From Dictyostelium discoideum (taxonomy: Eukaryota): a stretch of DNA of 64,000 nt. Numbering within the stretch: position 1 is the stretch's first letter; every line of letters starts with the position of its first letter. Under the pieces are notes generated by a model. The model was given only the letters and a program-made list of their open reading frames with translations. It had not been told where the DNA came from and did not search any database. The position numbers were made by a program, and so were the translations under genes. Positions 12,270 to 24,076 of this stretch are shown one piece after another. The DNA lies in NCBI GenBank assembly GCA_000004695.1, contig CM000153.2:4832001-4896000 (forward strand), written 5' to 3'.

Positions 12270-12284
12270 GGTTCGAATCTCCTT
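12270..12284 (+). promoter_or_regulatory. External B-box (ex-B) downstream of the tRNA gene
   Basis: 'caGGTTCGAATCTcc' lies ~30 nt 3' of the tRNA. It duplicates the internal B-box 'AGTTCGAATCT'. A third degenerate copy 'GGTTGAAATCT' lies at ~12292. Confidence 0.55.
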
Positions 12285-12700
12285 TTAACATTCAGGTTGA
12301 AATCTATATTAGCCTCTATTAACGTCCATAAAAAACAAATACTGGAGTGGGACCGCTTTTGGGCAGTCCAATATTAATATTTAATTACTTAATCTTATAA
12401 TATAAAAAAAAACCCAAAATAATAAAGATTATTAGTTAATCTTATAAAATTTTAAAAAAAATCTTCAAAAAAAATGAAAATAATTTATCAAGTAATATTT
12501 ATGTTTATTTTAAAAAAAAAAAAATAATTTCAAATAAAATTACAATTGTTTTATTCATGATGATATCACTTTTTGTCACTAATTATTTTTTTTTTTTTAT
12601 TTTTTTTTTTTTTATAATCCACATAAACAAAAAAAAAAAAAAAACTCATTATATTAAAAAAAAAAAACTCGTTATATTAAAAAAAAAAAAAAAAAAAAAA

Positions 12701-13410
12701 ATGAACATTGTAACAATTAAAAAACTATCAAATAAATTAAAAAAATTAAAATCTTTATATGTTTTGATTCCAACAATTATTATATTATATTTTAATAATA
12801 AATTAATATATGAAAATGTTGTTTTAAAACTTAATGGACCAGTAAATATTTTAAATTAATCAACAACTAGTATATATATATATATTAAAACTATAAAATT
12901 AATAAATTTTTTTATTTTAAATAATTTATATAGGTATTGGATTCATTTTTGAAAGGGTATACTAAAGAAGAGGCAATAATGACATTAACAAATTTAGGAG
13001 ATGATGGAAGAGAAATTTATAAAACACTTTATTCAAGTTATTATGATATTACATTTCCAATAATTTTAGCAATAACATTAACTTCATTATTATCATTGAA
13101 TTATCCATTGTACAAAAAAGAGAAATCAACATCTACTTTGGGTATTTTCAATCTCTTACCTGTTTGTTATATGGTTTTCGATGAATTGGAGAATTATTGT
13201 CATATTCAAATTTTAAAATTCTTTAAACCAACACTATCATCAACTTCAATTGATAACTATTTATTCTTTGGTTCATACTTTTGTTTTTTAAAATATATAT
13301 TTTTTTTCACATGTTTATTTTTATTATTTTTAGGTATTTTAATCAATTTTGTACTTTTTGTAAACTTTAAAATTAATAATAATAATAAAAAAAATAAAAA
13401 ATTAATTTAA
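12701..13410 (+). CDS. Hypothetical multi-pass membrane protein (~205 aa). Exons 12701..12841 and 12934..13410.
   Basis: ATG follows an A-rich leader. Donor 'cca|GTAAAT' (12842). Acceptor 'ttatatag' (12933). Frame-consistent (618 nt). Hydrophobic segments 'ITFPIILAITLTSLLSL' and 'FFTCLFLLFLGILINFVLFV'. No recognisable family. Confidence 0.45.
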
Positions 13411-13532
13411 ACAATACATATATATTGTAAAATAATAAATAAAAATAAAAAAAAAAAAATAATTAAAATAAATAAATAAATTTATTAATTGGGAGGGGGA
13501 AAGGTTAAAAGTAACAATATGAATTTTAAAAT

Positions 13533-13826
13533 TTAGAGAACTTTAGCTTTAATATGAATTCCAAGTAAACCTAATAAATTGGCCATAATATCAGCATTGA
13601 TTAAACTTGTTGATTGATTACCACCAAATGAAGAAGTCATTCCTTTGGTATTACTTGAATTTACAGAGATTGTTTTGTTCAAAGAATTACCATTTTGAAT
13701 TGAACCAATGCTAGAAATTGAAGCTAAATAATTAAATAATTAAAATTTAGAAATCGAGGAGTTGTAATAAAAAAAAAAAAAAAAAAGAAATAATAATAAT
13801 ATTTTATATTTACAAATTAATGTCAT
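13533..13826 (-). CDS. hssA/2C/7E-family small Ser/Gly-rich protein, copy A. Exons 13826..13814 and 13723..13533.
   Basis: 13-nt exon 1 'ATGACATTAATTT|GTAAAT'. Acceptor 'ttatttag'. Product 'MTLISSISSIGSIQNGNSLNKTISVNSSNTKGMTSSFGGNQSTSLINADIMANLLGLLGIHIKAKVL*'. The MT(L/I)L…SIS.IG…GNQS pattern is typical of the family. Confidence 0.7.
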
Positions 13827-13868
13827 TTTGTTTGTTTGTTTGTTTGTTTGTTTGTTTGTTTGTTTGTT
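13827..13868. repeat. (GTTT)n microsatellite in the 5' flank of hssA copy A
   Basis: 'tgtttgtttgtttgtttg…' ×10. Confidence 0.9.
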
Positions 13869-14919
13869 TGTTGATTTGTTTATTTAAATTTTTGATTTAG
13901 TGAAAAAAAAAGTTTAATTTATAGAAAAAAAAAAAAAAAATACATTATTAAGAAAAATGATAATAATATTTAAAAATAATACAATAGTACAGTTTTTTAC
14001 TAAAAATATTTGAAATACATTTGATTATTAAAGAAGTAAAATTATTTTAAAAAGGAATAGATCAGTTTTGTTGAACTTTCTTTCTAATAATAATTTTAAA
14101 ATCTAGATAAAATATCTAATTTCAATTAATCAATATAAAGATCTAACTTTATTAAGTGGGAAAATAAATAAATGATATTTGTAAACAGAACAATGTTTTA
14201 GTGCCCTATTAAAAAAAAAATTAAAAAATTAAATCTCACCCACTTTTCTTTAACCACACAAACACAAAAAATTTTTTTTTTTCTCTTTTTAGTTTCAAGA
14301 TTTACCAATTTCTTTTAATAATCAATGTATATTGTGATATATTTGTTTGTTTGAAATTATTATTAATTTTAATTAATGATAGTTTATATATATTAAAAGA
14401 AGGAAGAAAATTTAATATCCAATTATAATAAAAAAAAAACAATAAAACTATTAATGTACAACCACTGAACATTAAAAAATAAAACTGTTTCTAGAATAAT
14501 TTTGGTTTATTTTATTAAAAAGAAAACCCTTAGAATATGTTGATAATATTGATAGTCAATATGTAATTGAAAAAAATAAAAATAAAATAAAATAAAATAA
14601 AATAAAATAAAATCACAAACCCACAGATTCTATTTTTTTATTTTTCTTTTTTTTTTTTTCCTTTTTTTTTTTTAAAACAAAATTAAACCCCCAAAAGTTT
14701 ACTATAATTTTATATATAAAAAAATTAATAAAAAGTAAAAATGGAAAATAATTGTAGAAAATTTTTTCTTTTATTTTTTATTTTTATAGTTAATTTAATT
14801 CTGAAAAATGATTAATTTAATCAAACTATAATAATTATAATTATAATCTATAGTAGAATTAATAATTTTATATTTTAAAATATATTTAATAAATTTAATA
14901 TTAAATTTGGCTTTTAATA

Positions 14920-15186
14920 TTAAAGTTGGGTAAATTGAATATATTTCAAGTAATTTGATCTATTAGGTATTCTTAAAATAGATATTGTAGATTGATTTCC
15001 ACTAAATGATGTTAATCCTTTTGCTCCATTATTGGAAATTGTACTGTTAGTTTTATTCAAAGAATTAAAGTTTTGAATTGAACCAATTTTAGAAATTGAA
15101 GCTAGATTCGAAAAAAAAAAAGATTTAAAATCAATACTAATTAATTAATATTAAAAATATAATTAATAATTACAAAATAAAGTCAT
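14920..15186 (-). CDS. hssA/2C/7E-family protein, copy B, with a divergent C-terminus. Exons 15186..15174 and 15101..14920.
   Basis: 'ATGACTTTATTTT|GTAATT'. Acceptor 'cgaatctag'. Product 'MTLFSSISKIGSIQNFNSLNKTNSTISNNGAKGLTSFSGNQSTISILRIPNRSNYLKYIQFTQL*'. Confidence 0.6.
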
Positions 15187-15815
15187 TTTTAAAGTTTTAG
15201 TTTTTTGTTTTTTGTTTTTTAATAATTTTATTTAATGATAAAAAAAAAGTTTAATTTATACAAATAAAATTTATAATTATAAATTAAATAATTAAAATTA
15301 AAAAATATTATTTTGAAAGATAAATTTAATAAAAAATAAAAAAATTCCCCTTTTGGAAAGTGAATTACAAGGTTTCAGTGAACAAGAGGATAATCTGTGC
15401 ACATGTTTTATATATTTTGAAATAATTTCATTTCAAAACCATTTGCTATTTTTAAAAAAAAAATATTTTTAATTTAATAAAAATCTAAAGAATAAAAAAA
15501 AAAATTCAACAATTTCAAATAACATAACCGAACATTTTTTTAAAAAAAAAAGAAATTAATATGAACACAACCACACCAAAACTCCTGGCACACAAATCAA
15601 CACAGCCACAAAAACTAAAAAAAATTGTGATGTTTGGTTTTTAAAGAGCATTATTCAATTAAATAGGGTGGTACACAAGAAATTCTTCATTGTTTTTCTT
15701 TTTTATCATTACATCTTTTTTTTTTAAAAATAATAATTAAGCTTTTAAAATAATTTATTGTTATTCATTTTTTTTTTTTGTTTTTTTTTTTTTTTTTTAA
15801 TTTCAAATCGGTTCA

Positions 15816-16078
15816 TCAAAAAAGCTTTCCAAAAAAGTAATAAGATCTACCCATATATATGGTAGATTGATTTCCACTAAATGAGGTTAATCCTTTTGCT
15901 TCATTATTAGACATTGTACTGTTAGTTTTGTTTTCGTTAATAGAATTACCGTTTTGAATTGAACCAATTTTGGAAACTGAAGCTAAATTTTAAAAAAAAA
16001 AAAAAAAATTTAAAAAATCAATACTATTTAATTAAAATTAAAATTAAAATTTATTTAATATTTCCAAAATAAAGTCAT
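15816..16078 (-). pseudogene. hssA/2C/7E-family copy C, probably a pseudogene: the splice donor is mutated GT>GG and the C-terminus is divergent.
   Basis: Exon 1 'ATGACTTTATTTT' is followed by 'GGAAAT', whereas copies B and D have 'GTAATT'. The exon 2 product '…SFSGNQSTIYMGRSYYFFGKLF*' departs from the family. Confidence 0.5.
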
Positions 16079-16739
16079 TTTAAAGTTTTTGTTTTTTGTT
16101 TTTGATTTTGATTTGTTAAAAAATATTTTAATGATAAAAAAAAAGTTTAATTTATGCAAATAAAATTTATAATTAAAAATTAAAATAATTAATTTTAATA
16201 CTTATTTTGAATAACATTTCTTTGTTCAATGATGCAAGGTCTATATTAATTTTTAAACCAAACATGAAAAAAAGCTCTTCCTTTTTGGTTAGTGAATTAC
16301 AAAGTTCCAGTTACAATTATGACGCAATTCAGTGTGTGTTTTATTTATTTGGAAAAAAAAAAAATACTTCATTTGTAATTTTTCATAAATAAAAATAAAT
16401 TTGAAAATAAAAATAAAAATAAAAAATAAAACTTTTGACCAACCACAAAAATAAAACACTTGAAAAAATAATAAAAAATTTTCTCATTTGGTGGGTGATG
16501 CAATAAACAATGTGTGTTGAGATATGCGCTATTTATTTTATAAAAAATTATTTTTATTATTTAAAAAAAGAATAAATTATCAATTGTCCCATTACAATTT
16601 TATCACTTTAATCTCATAAGCCCTATTAATATCAGGTAAAGTTATTTAATCAACTGCTTCAGGTCAATATTGTAATTATCGATTTTTTATTGTTCTTACA
16701 ACCAAAGTTGAACATTATTAAAACAAAATAACCAAAACT

Positions 16740-16960
16740 TTAAAAAAAATAATCTAGGTTTTTAATATTAAATCCTTTTACTTCATTATTAGAAATTGTA
16801 CTGTTAGTTTTGTTCAAAGAAATACCATTTTGAATTGAACCAATTTTAGAAATTGAAGCTATATTAAAAAAAAAAAAAAAAAAAAAGATTTAAAAATCAA
16901 TACTAATTAATTAATTAATTAACATTAAAAATATAAATAATAATTACAAAATAAAGTCAT
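16740..16960 (-). pseudogene. hssA/2C/7E-family copy D, truncated by an internal deletion (43 codons). Exons 16960..16948 and 16858..16740.
   Basis: 'MTLFSSISKIGSIQNGISLNKTNSTISNNEVKGFNIKNLDYFF*'. It lacks the 'LTSFSGNQST…' segment present in copies A, B, E and F. Confidence 0.45.
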
Positions 16961-17723
16961 TTTGAAGTTTTAGTTTTTTGTTTCTGATTTGTTAATAATT
17001 AATTTTAATGATTAAAAAAAGTTTTATTTATACAAATAAAATTTATGATTAAAAATTAAATAAATCAAATTATATTATTTTCAATTTAAATTTAATTCAA
17101 AAAAATTAATTTTAAAATAATTAATTTTAATACTTATTTTGATTAACATTTGTTTGTTCAATGATGTAAGGTCTATATTTATTTATAAACTCAACACAAA
17201 AATTTACCCATTTGTTAACTGAATTACCAAGTTTCTGTGACCTCGAGGATAACACAATTCGGTGTGTTTTATTTATTTAAAAAGTAAAAAATAATAATAT
17301 TTATTATTATTTTTTTTTTTTTTTTTTAGTTAATTTTTTTATTTATTTATTTAAAATCAATGCTAGGTTTGAAGTGTAATAGTAATAAATTTTATTTATT
17401 TGAACTTTAATTTTTTGATTAATAGAATTTTTATTATTTGGAAACACAATGTAGTTCCAAAGTTTTGCTTTTTTTTTTTTTTTATTTTTTTTTTTAAATT
17501 TTTTTTTTTTATTTTTAAATTTTTTTTTATTTTATTTTATTTATGGTTAAAATCACTGCAGGGAAATTTACAAATATATTTAAAGCGATTTGATATATTT
17601 GGAAGTCACTCACTAAAAGAGAAAAAAGTGGGATAACTCATTAAAAAAGAAGAAAAAAATTGGAATTAAAAAAAAATAAATTGTTTATTTTTGTTTTTTT
17701 TTTTTTTAGAGAAAAAGATGGGC

Positions 17724-17992
17724 TTATTTATTTTTTGTTGTGGCTTTAGTAATTATAGCAATTTGAAGTAATAAATCCCCTATAGATTTTGTTGATTGAT
17801 TTCCGCTAAATGATGGTGATCCTTTAGCTTCATTGTTAGAAATTGTACTGGTAATTTCGTTCAAAGAATTACCGTTTTTAATTGTGCCAATTTTAGAAAT
17901 TGAGGCTAAATTAAAAAAAAAAAAAAAAATTTAAAATCAATACCAATTAATTAATTTTAAAAATATAATTAATAATTACATAACAAAGTCAT
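17724..17992 (-). CDS. hssA/2C/7E-family protein, copy E. Exons 17992..17980 and 17905..17724.
   Basis: 'ATGACTTTGTTAT|GTAATT'. Acceptor 'aatttag'. Product 'MTLLSSISKIGTIKNGNSLNEITSTISNNEAKGSPSFSGNQSTKSIGDLLLQIAIITKATTKNK*'. Confidence 0.6.
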
Positions 17993-18929
17993 TTTAAAGT
18001 TTTAGTTTTTTGATTTTTATTTAAGGTTTTTGTTTTGTTTCTGATTTGTTAATAATTATTTAATGATGAAAAAAAAAGTTTAATTTATACAAATAAAATT
18101 TATAATTAAAAATTAAATAATTTAAATTAAAAAATATTATTTTGAAAGATAAATTTAATAAAAAATAAAAATAATTAATTTAATACTTATTTTGATTAAC
18201 ATTTCTTTGTTCAATGATGTAAGGTCTATATTAATTTTTAAACCAAACACAAAAAAAAACTATACCCTTTTGAGAACTGAATTACAAAGTTCCAGTTACG
18301 CTATTCGGTGTGTGTTTTATTTTTTTGGAAAAAAAAAAAAAAAAATACATAATTTGTAATTTTTCATAAATAAAAATAAAAATAAAAATAAAAATAAAAA
18401 TAAAATAAAAAATATATTTTTAAAACTTTTGATCAACCACAAAGATTAAACACAATCATAATAAAAAATTTCTGTTGGTAAGTGACGCAATAATCAATGT
18501 GTGTGTTGAGATATGTGCTATTTATTAAAAAAAATTATTTTTAATTTAATAATTATAATTAAAAAAGAGAATAAATTATTTCAAACTACATAATTGAACA
18601 TTTTTTTAAAAAAATGAAATTTATATGAACAAAAACACACCAAAACTCCTTATACACCAACCCGCACAGCCACAAAAATCACCAAAACTTTGTGATGATT
18701 GTTTTTTAGAGCATTGGATTAAATGGGTTGGTGCACAAGAAATTCTTCATTTTTTTTTTTTATCAATTGCCCCATGCCAATTTTATCACATTAATTTCAT
18801 TTATTATTATACATTTTTGGATTTATGAAAGCAAATAAAAAATAAACAAATTTTCGAGAAAAAAGGCTTTTTTGAAAAAAAAATAAGGGAAAATTTTTTT
18901 TTGTTTTTAATATGAACGTTTTTGGAAAA

Positions 18930-19420
18930 GAAGAATCAGATGAACCATTATTACCAGGTGTCCAAATTATTATTACATCAAATAGAACCTCAATTGCTGA
19001 TTAAAATGGTAAATACTCATTAAAAGATCAAGTACCAGGTTCATATTGTAAAAATGATTTTCCAGATCATTACATTCCACTCAAATATCAATTACATTAC
19101 CAATAGTCTTCAACAATCACCTATATTGATGGTGAGTTTCAATCATTTATAAGTAGGTGATTATTGCATCAAAGCAACACAACCAGATATATACCCATTT
19201 GTTGTAACTTCAAATGATTCAGTTGTTGACTCAACAGGCTAATTTTGTTTCAAACTAACACATTTAATCCAACTACAGCAACAACCTCGGCAACATGATT
19301 AAACTTCACAAACTCTATTTTAATAATGTCAAATTTGAATCAGTTACTAAATTAGGTTATGGATTCAATAGAAATTTAAACCTCCGATGACAACACCATT
19401 TGGAAAGAATGTTAATAGTA
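18930..19420 (+). pseudogene. Decayed gene fragment, possibly a carboxypeptidase-regulatory-domain-like (CarboxypepD_reg) repeat protein, with multiple in-frame stops
   Basis: 'PGVQIIITSNRTSIAD*NGKYSLKDQVPGSYCKNDFPDHYIP' resembles the '.G..V.v……TdadG.f.l..l.pG.Y' pattern. The frame is broken repeatedly downstream and there is no intact ORF. Confidence 0.25.
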
Positions 19421-20455
19421 ATAGTAATAGTAATAGTAATAGCATTAATAAGTAACCACAACTAATACAAACACAACGGCCAACTAACACAACAGCCGCC
19501 ACAAGTTCTTTTACAATATAATCAAATTGAACAATCAATGAAAATGTGTTATCTTGTAAATTTAAATCATCTATCAAAATCATTAGATTCAATTAAACTT
19601 AGTGGTGTGAATTAGTTTCTAAGTAATTAATAATCAAATTAGTGCTCTTAGTAATAGTGATATTTTAGCAAAAACTAAAATCGGTTATTTTAAATGTTTT
19701 TTTTTATTAATTCATCTTTTTTTAAAAATAATAATAAAACTTTTTAAATAAATATTTATTATTTATTGTTTTTTATTATTTTTATTTTTATTTATTTTAT
19801 CAGTTAATTTTTTTCTTTCCTAAATTTAATTTAATTTTTTATTTTTAAAACCTATAATTTTGTTTATTTGCAAATTTTGGGTAATCTGATTATTTAATCA
19901 AAGTTTGAATTAAATAATAATAGAAATAAATTTTTTTTTTTTTTTTTGAACGTTAATTTTTAATTTTAAAAAAGGGAATAGATTTTGATTAAAAATTCTA
20001 TTAACAATTAAAAATGAAGAAAGAATAGAATTAGTAAAGGATTAAACTTTGTCAGAAACTAAACCTTTAAATCTAGATTTAAAAATAAAAATAAAGATTA
20101 AATCCCAATCAATAAAAACAAATTAATTAAATCATTTAAGTAAACATATAAAAAAACAAAAAAAAAAAAAAAAACGTGTGTTTTAAAACTTTTGAATAAC
20201 CACACTATATTAAAAAAAAAATTCTTTTAATATTTTAGATTTGAAGATTTACAAATATATAAAAAATGATGCAATAATAAATGCAAATGATGAGATGATA
20301 AAAGAAAAAACTATTTTTCATTTGTAAGTTAGATTTTATTTTTTTTTTTAAAAAAGTATTGTTTGTTTGTTAAAAAAAAAAAATATAAAAAGGGATAAAG
20401 AAAATTTATAAATCATTTCAAAATAAAAAAAACAACAATCAAATAAATAATTTAA

Positions 20456-20497
20456 AATGACACTTATTTGTACGTTTCATCTTTATTTTTGTCTTTC

Positions 20498-20534
<37 letters not shown>

Positions 20535-20748
20535 TAATACTGACATTTAAATTTAAATTATAATAGCTTCAATTTCAAAGATTAGCTCAGTTAATATTAA
20601 TTGTTTAAATAATACAATTTCAAATGGTGTTTCTAGCCAATCATTAACATCTTATGGTGGTAGTGAATCAACAAGTTTGGTTAATGCAGATATTATGGCT
20701 AATTTATTAGGTATTCTTGGTATTAGAATTAAAGCTGAAGTTCTCTAA
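20456..20748 (+). CDS. hssA/2C/7E-family protein, copy F (inverted, plus strand). Exons 20456..20468 and 20567..20748.
   Basis: 'ATGACACTTATTT|GTACGT'. Acceptor 'ttataatag'. Product 'MTLISSISKISSVNINCLNNTISNGVSSQSLTSYGGSESTSLVNADIMANLLGILGIRIKAEVL*'. The C-terminus is nearly identical to copy A. 195 nt, in frame. Confidence 0.7.
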
Positions 20749-20996
20749 ATTTGCACTGTATATTGTTTATACCACATTTATTTAAAAAATAATAATAATA
20801 ATCTTTGTAAAACTATATTTCACAATTAATAAAATAATTTAATTTTATGATTCACCAAATTTATTTTTTTTTTTTTTTTTTTTTTCAGATATTTTTCTTT
20901 ATTGGATTTTTTTTGATTAAAAAAAAATGGGTTAAAATTTGATTTTTTTTTTTTTTTTTAATTTTTTTTTTTTTTTTTTTTTTTTTTATATATTAA

Positions 20997-21404
20997 ATGA
21001 ATCCAAAAGAAAGAATTTCAATCATTTCAAATCATTTAACAATGTCAGATACATCATCAAATTTAAAAACACATTCAACAATATCAACACATGTTTTAGA
21101 TACAACCACTGGATTACCAGCAATGGATATGAAAGTTATATTAGAAAAAGATAATGGTAATGGTCAATATATAACAATAAAAAGTGTTTTAACCAATTCT
21201 GATGGTAGATCAAGAGAATTTCCAGAATTAGAAAATGGAATTTATAAAATTACTTTCTTTACAGAAGAATACTTTAAAAATCAAAATGTTTCAAATTATT
21301 TCTTTCCAAAAGCAAGTGTTGATTTTATAATTAATCAAGCAAAACATTATCATGTGCCTTTATTATTATCACCATATAGCTTTTCAACTTATAGAGGTAG
21401 TTAA
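20997..21404 (+). CDS. 5-hydroxyisourate hydrolase (transthyretin-like / HIUase)
   Basis: 'ISTHVLDTTTGLPAMDMKV…' and the C-terminal '…YHVPLLLSPYSFSTYRGS*' (the YRGS tetrapeptide that distinguishes HIUases from transthyretin). Single exon. Confidence 0.8.
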   Translation: MNPKERISIISNHLTMSDTSSNLKTHSTISTHVLDTTTGLPAMDMKVILEKDNGNGQYITIKSVLTNSDGRSREFPELENGIYKITFFTEEYFKNQNVSNYFFPKASVDFIINQAKHYHVPLLLSPYSFSTYRGS

Positions 21405-21621
21405 ATAAATAAATAAATAAAAAAAAATTAAAAAAATTAAAAAAAAAAAAGAAGTTGAACTTTATAATTAAAAACTGAATATATATTTTATTTTATTTTA
21501 TTTTATTATAATTTATAATTTTTAAATAATTTATAAAATATATTATTATTTATGAAAATTATTTATTTACTTTATTATTTTTTATTATTTATATTATTTA
21601 TATTATTTATTTTTTCATTAT

Positions 21622-22902
21622 TTATAAATGAACTAAATATGGTGGTTTATAAACTTTTTTCTTTGAAAATACATTTTGAAGTGGTAGACCATTTTTAAAA
21701 GGTAAAATAGAACTATTAATATTACTACCATAGATTGAATTTGATGATTCAGCTTTGACAGCATCAAAACACATTAAACAAATTCTAACCTTATTGTTCA
21801 CACCAAAACCATATAAACAAACCTTTTGATTTGAACAAGCTTCACAAAACACACCACCACAAGCTCTACAATGATGAGTTCTCCTTATGATTGTAAATGT
21901 ATTATCACAAAGATTACAATTTGTAATTGATGATTCATCTTTCCATTTTGGTAACCATAATACTTTCCATTCTTTTGGTGGATTTAATTTAAATCTATCA
22001 TTATCTTCGTCGTCTTCATCATCATAAAATTCATCATCATAATTTTGTTGTTGTTGTTCATCTAAATTCTCTTCTTGTTCATTTAAATAATTACTACTAC
22101 TATGATTACTATTGCTATTACTACTACCACTACCACTACCACTACCACTACTACTATAACTATTTCTAATATTACCAAAACTATTACTTGTATGAAATGG
22201 TAAAGAATGAATATTATTACTAATTGTTGTGAAATTATTATCATCAAAACGTTGCCATAAATGAACTGGTATTTTTAATTTAAAATTTGAGATTGAAGGA
22301 ATAGAAATGATGAAAAAATGTTTAACAGTTGATAAAAAACCTCTAGTAGTTGGAAAAACTTGGTCATCTTCAATTTTAAATGGTATTAATATTTGTAAAT
22401 TAGTTGAACATAATATCTCTTGTGATGATGATGATGATGTTGTTGTTTGATTTTTAAATAATTCTCTACAATCATAATTATGTAATAGTATTTGAGTTTG
22501 TGATACTTTAGTTTTATCAATATTATGATCACTACTATTATTTCTATAATGATATCTATGACTACCACTACTCTTTTTATTTGATTTTTGAATATTTGAA
22601 ATACGATCATTACCAATACCGCCACCATTATTATTTTTATTACTACTACCACCACTACTACTACTATTACTATTTGATAATGTTTTTATAAATGAAATTT
22701 GTTGAAATAATTCAACACGAATTGAATTAATCTTTAAATTTAATGGATTCTTTAATTGTATGAAAAATGTTGCTTTTGATCCAATATAACAATTATTCTC
22801 TCTTAAACAAATTGCCATTTCAATTGGATTTGATTTATAATTATTACTAATACCAATATTATTATTATTATTAATATTATTATTAGTTATTGTAGAGGGT
22901 TG

Positions 22903-22997
<95 letters not shown>

Positions 22998-24076
22998 TAT
23001 TACTATTTGTATTAGTACCAAATGATAACCAATTTAAATAATGAGCAAGTTTATGAGAAGTGAAATGAGTTTTATTATATAATAGATAATCTTGATATTG
23101 TTTATTAATACCTGATATCCATAATTCAGAACTTTTCATAACTTTTTGATCTTTCCATTCTCTACCTTTTGAATAATCAACTTTACAATGCACTAAATAA
23201 AATATTGATAAATAACCAATATAATTCAATGATGGTGCTAAATATTTTGGTAATTGAAATGAAAATGGGTATTCATAAACACCACTTTCAAATTCATGTA
23301 TTGGTGTTGTTAATTGTTGTGAAAATGATGATGATAATGATGATACTGATGACATCATTCCTGTTGTTGTCGTTGTTGTTGTTGATGATTTTGAATTTAA
23401 ATTTGACGATAATAAAGTTGGTGATAAAGTTGAATTTTGTGTAGAAGTTGTTGTTGGTAATAATATTGGACTATTATTCTCTGAATTTGAAATTGGTAAT
23501 GAATTTAATGATGTAGTCTCAATATTTACATTCAATGGAGGTATATTTAAATTACCACTATAAAATTTAAATGTTTGATAGGTATTATTTGAATGTTGTG
23601 CATGTTGAAATATCTTTTCATATCCACATAATTGTAATTTCACCCTCTTTATACATTGTCTCTCTGTTAATAATATATTCACCTTACCACTTATTGTTTC
23701 TCCATTTGTAAAATATGATTTATCTAAATTAATCTTTAAATTACATCTATATATATATATATATAAAATATAAAGTAGAGTAATTAGTATTATAATAATA
23801 AATAATAAATAATAATAATAGTTTTTATATATATTTATATTACATTTGACCTTTTTCTGAAAGCTCCAATGGATATTTTGAAGAAGATGAAGGTGGTGGG
23901 GGTGGAATACTTGTTGAATTTAATGTTGGTGATAATTTCTTTTGTGGTGAAATAGAGTTAAATAATGAAGACGGCTGATTACTCTCATTTTGATTACTAT
24001 TAATTAAAACATGTTGTTGTGATATTTGTATTGGTAGTGAATTATTATTATGATGATTATTTAACAAAGTCGTCAT
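21622..24076 (-). CDS. Arrestin-domain-containing protein with a C-terminal FYVE zinc finger (AdcA-like), ~785 aa. Exons 24076..23844 and 23746..21622.
   Basis: The arrestin-N signature 'KINLDKSYFTNGETISGKVNILLTERQCIKRVKLQLCGYE' runs across the listed GTG 'start'. FYVE motif: 'WLPKWKDESSITNCNLCDNTFTIIRRTHHCRACGGVFCEACS…RICLMCF'. Upstream exon 'MTTLLNNHHNNN…KYPLELSEKGQ' ends at GTAATA. Acceptor 'tatatatag'. Long internal (AAT)n encodes poly-N. Sum 2358 nt, in frame. Confidence 0.7.

Larger units (their letters stand above)
13440..18830. repeat. Tandem array of ~0.9–1.0-kb units. Each carries one hssA/2C/7E-family gene (minus strand) plus a conserved 5' flank.
   Basis: Shared blocks: the exon-2 core '…tgatttccactaaatga.gttaatccttttgc.tcattatt…ttgaattgaaccaatttt.gaaa.tgaagct', 'aaataaagtcat' (exon 1), 'tgaattacaa.gtt.cagt', 'ttcggtgtgtgttttatt', and a 170-bp block at 15530..15710 that matches 18600..18770. 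Confidence 0.85.

Noticed and set aside
12171-12377. 68-aa ORF overlapping the tRNA-Tyr gene
   Set aside because: It lies over a clear tRNA cloverleaf and its B-box relics, so it is not coding.
18625-18828. ORF 'MNKNTPKLLIHQPAQPQKSPKLCDDCFLEHW…' inside a repeated 170-bp block
   Set aside because: The paralogous copy of the block at 15561 has an early stop ('…MFGF*') and different residues, so the block is conserved as DNA and not as protein. It is more likely promoter or flank sequence of the hssA units.
19365-19592. Minus-strand 75-aa ORF with a poly-Leu run
   Set aside because: It lies inside the decayed pseudogene region over an (AGTAAT)n repeat, with no homology or gene structure.
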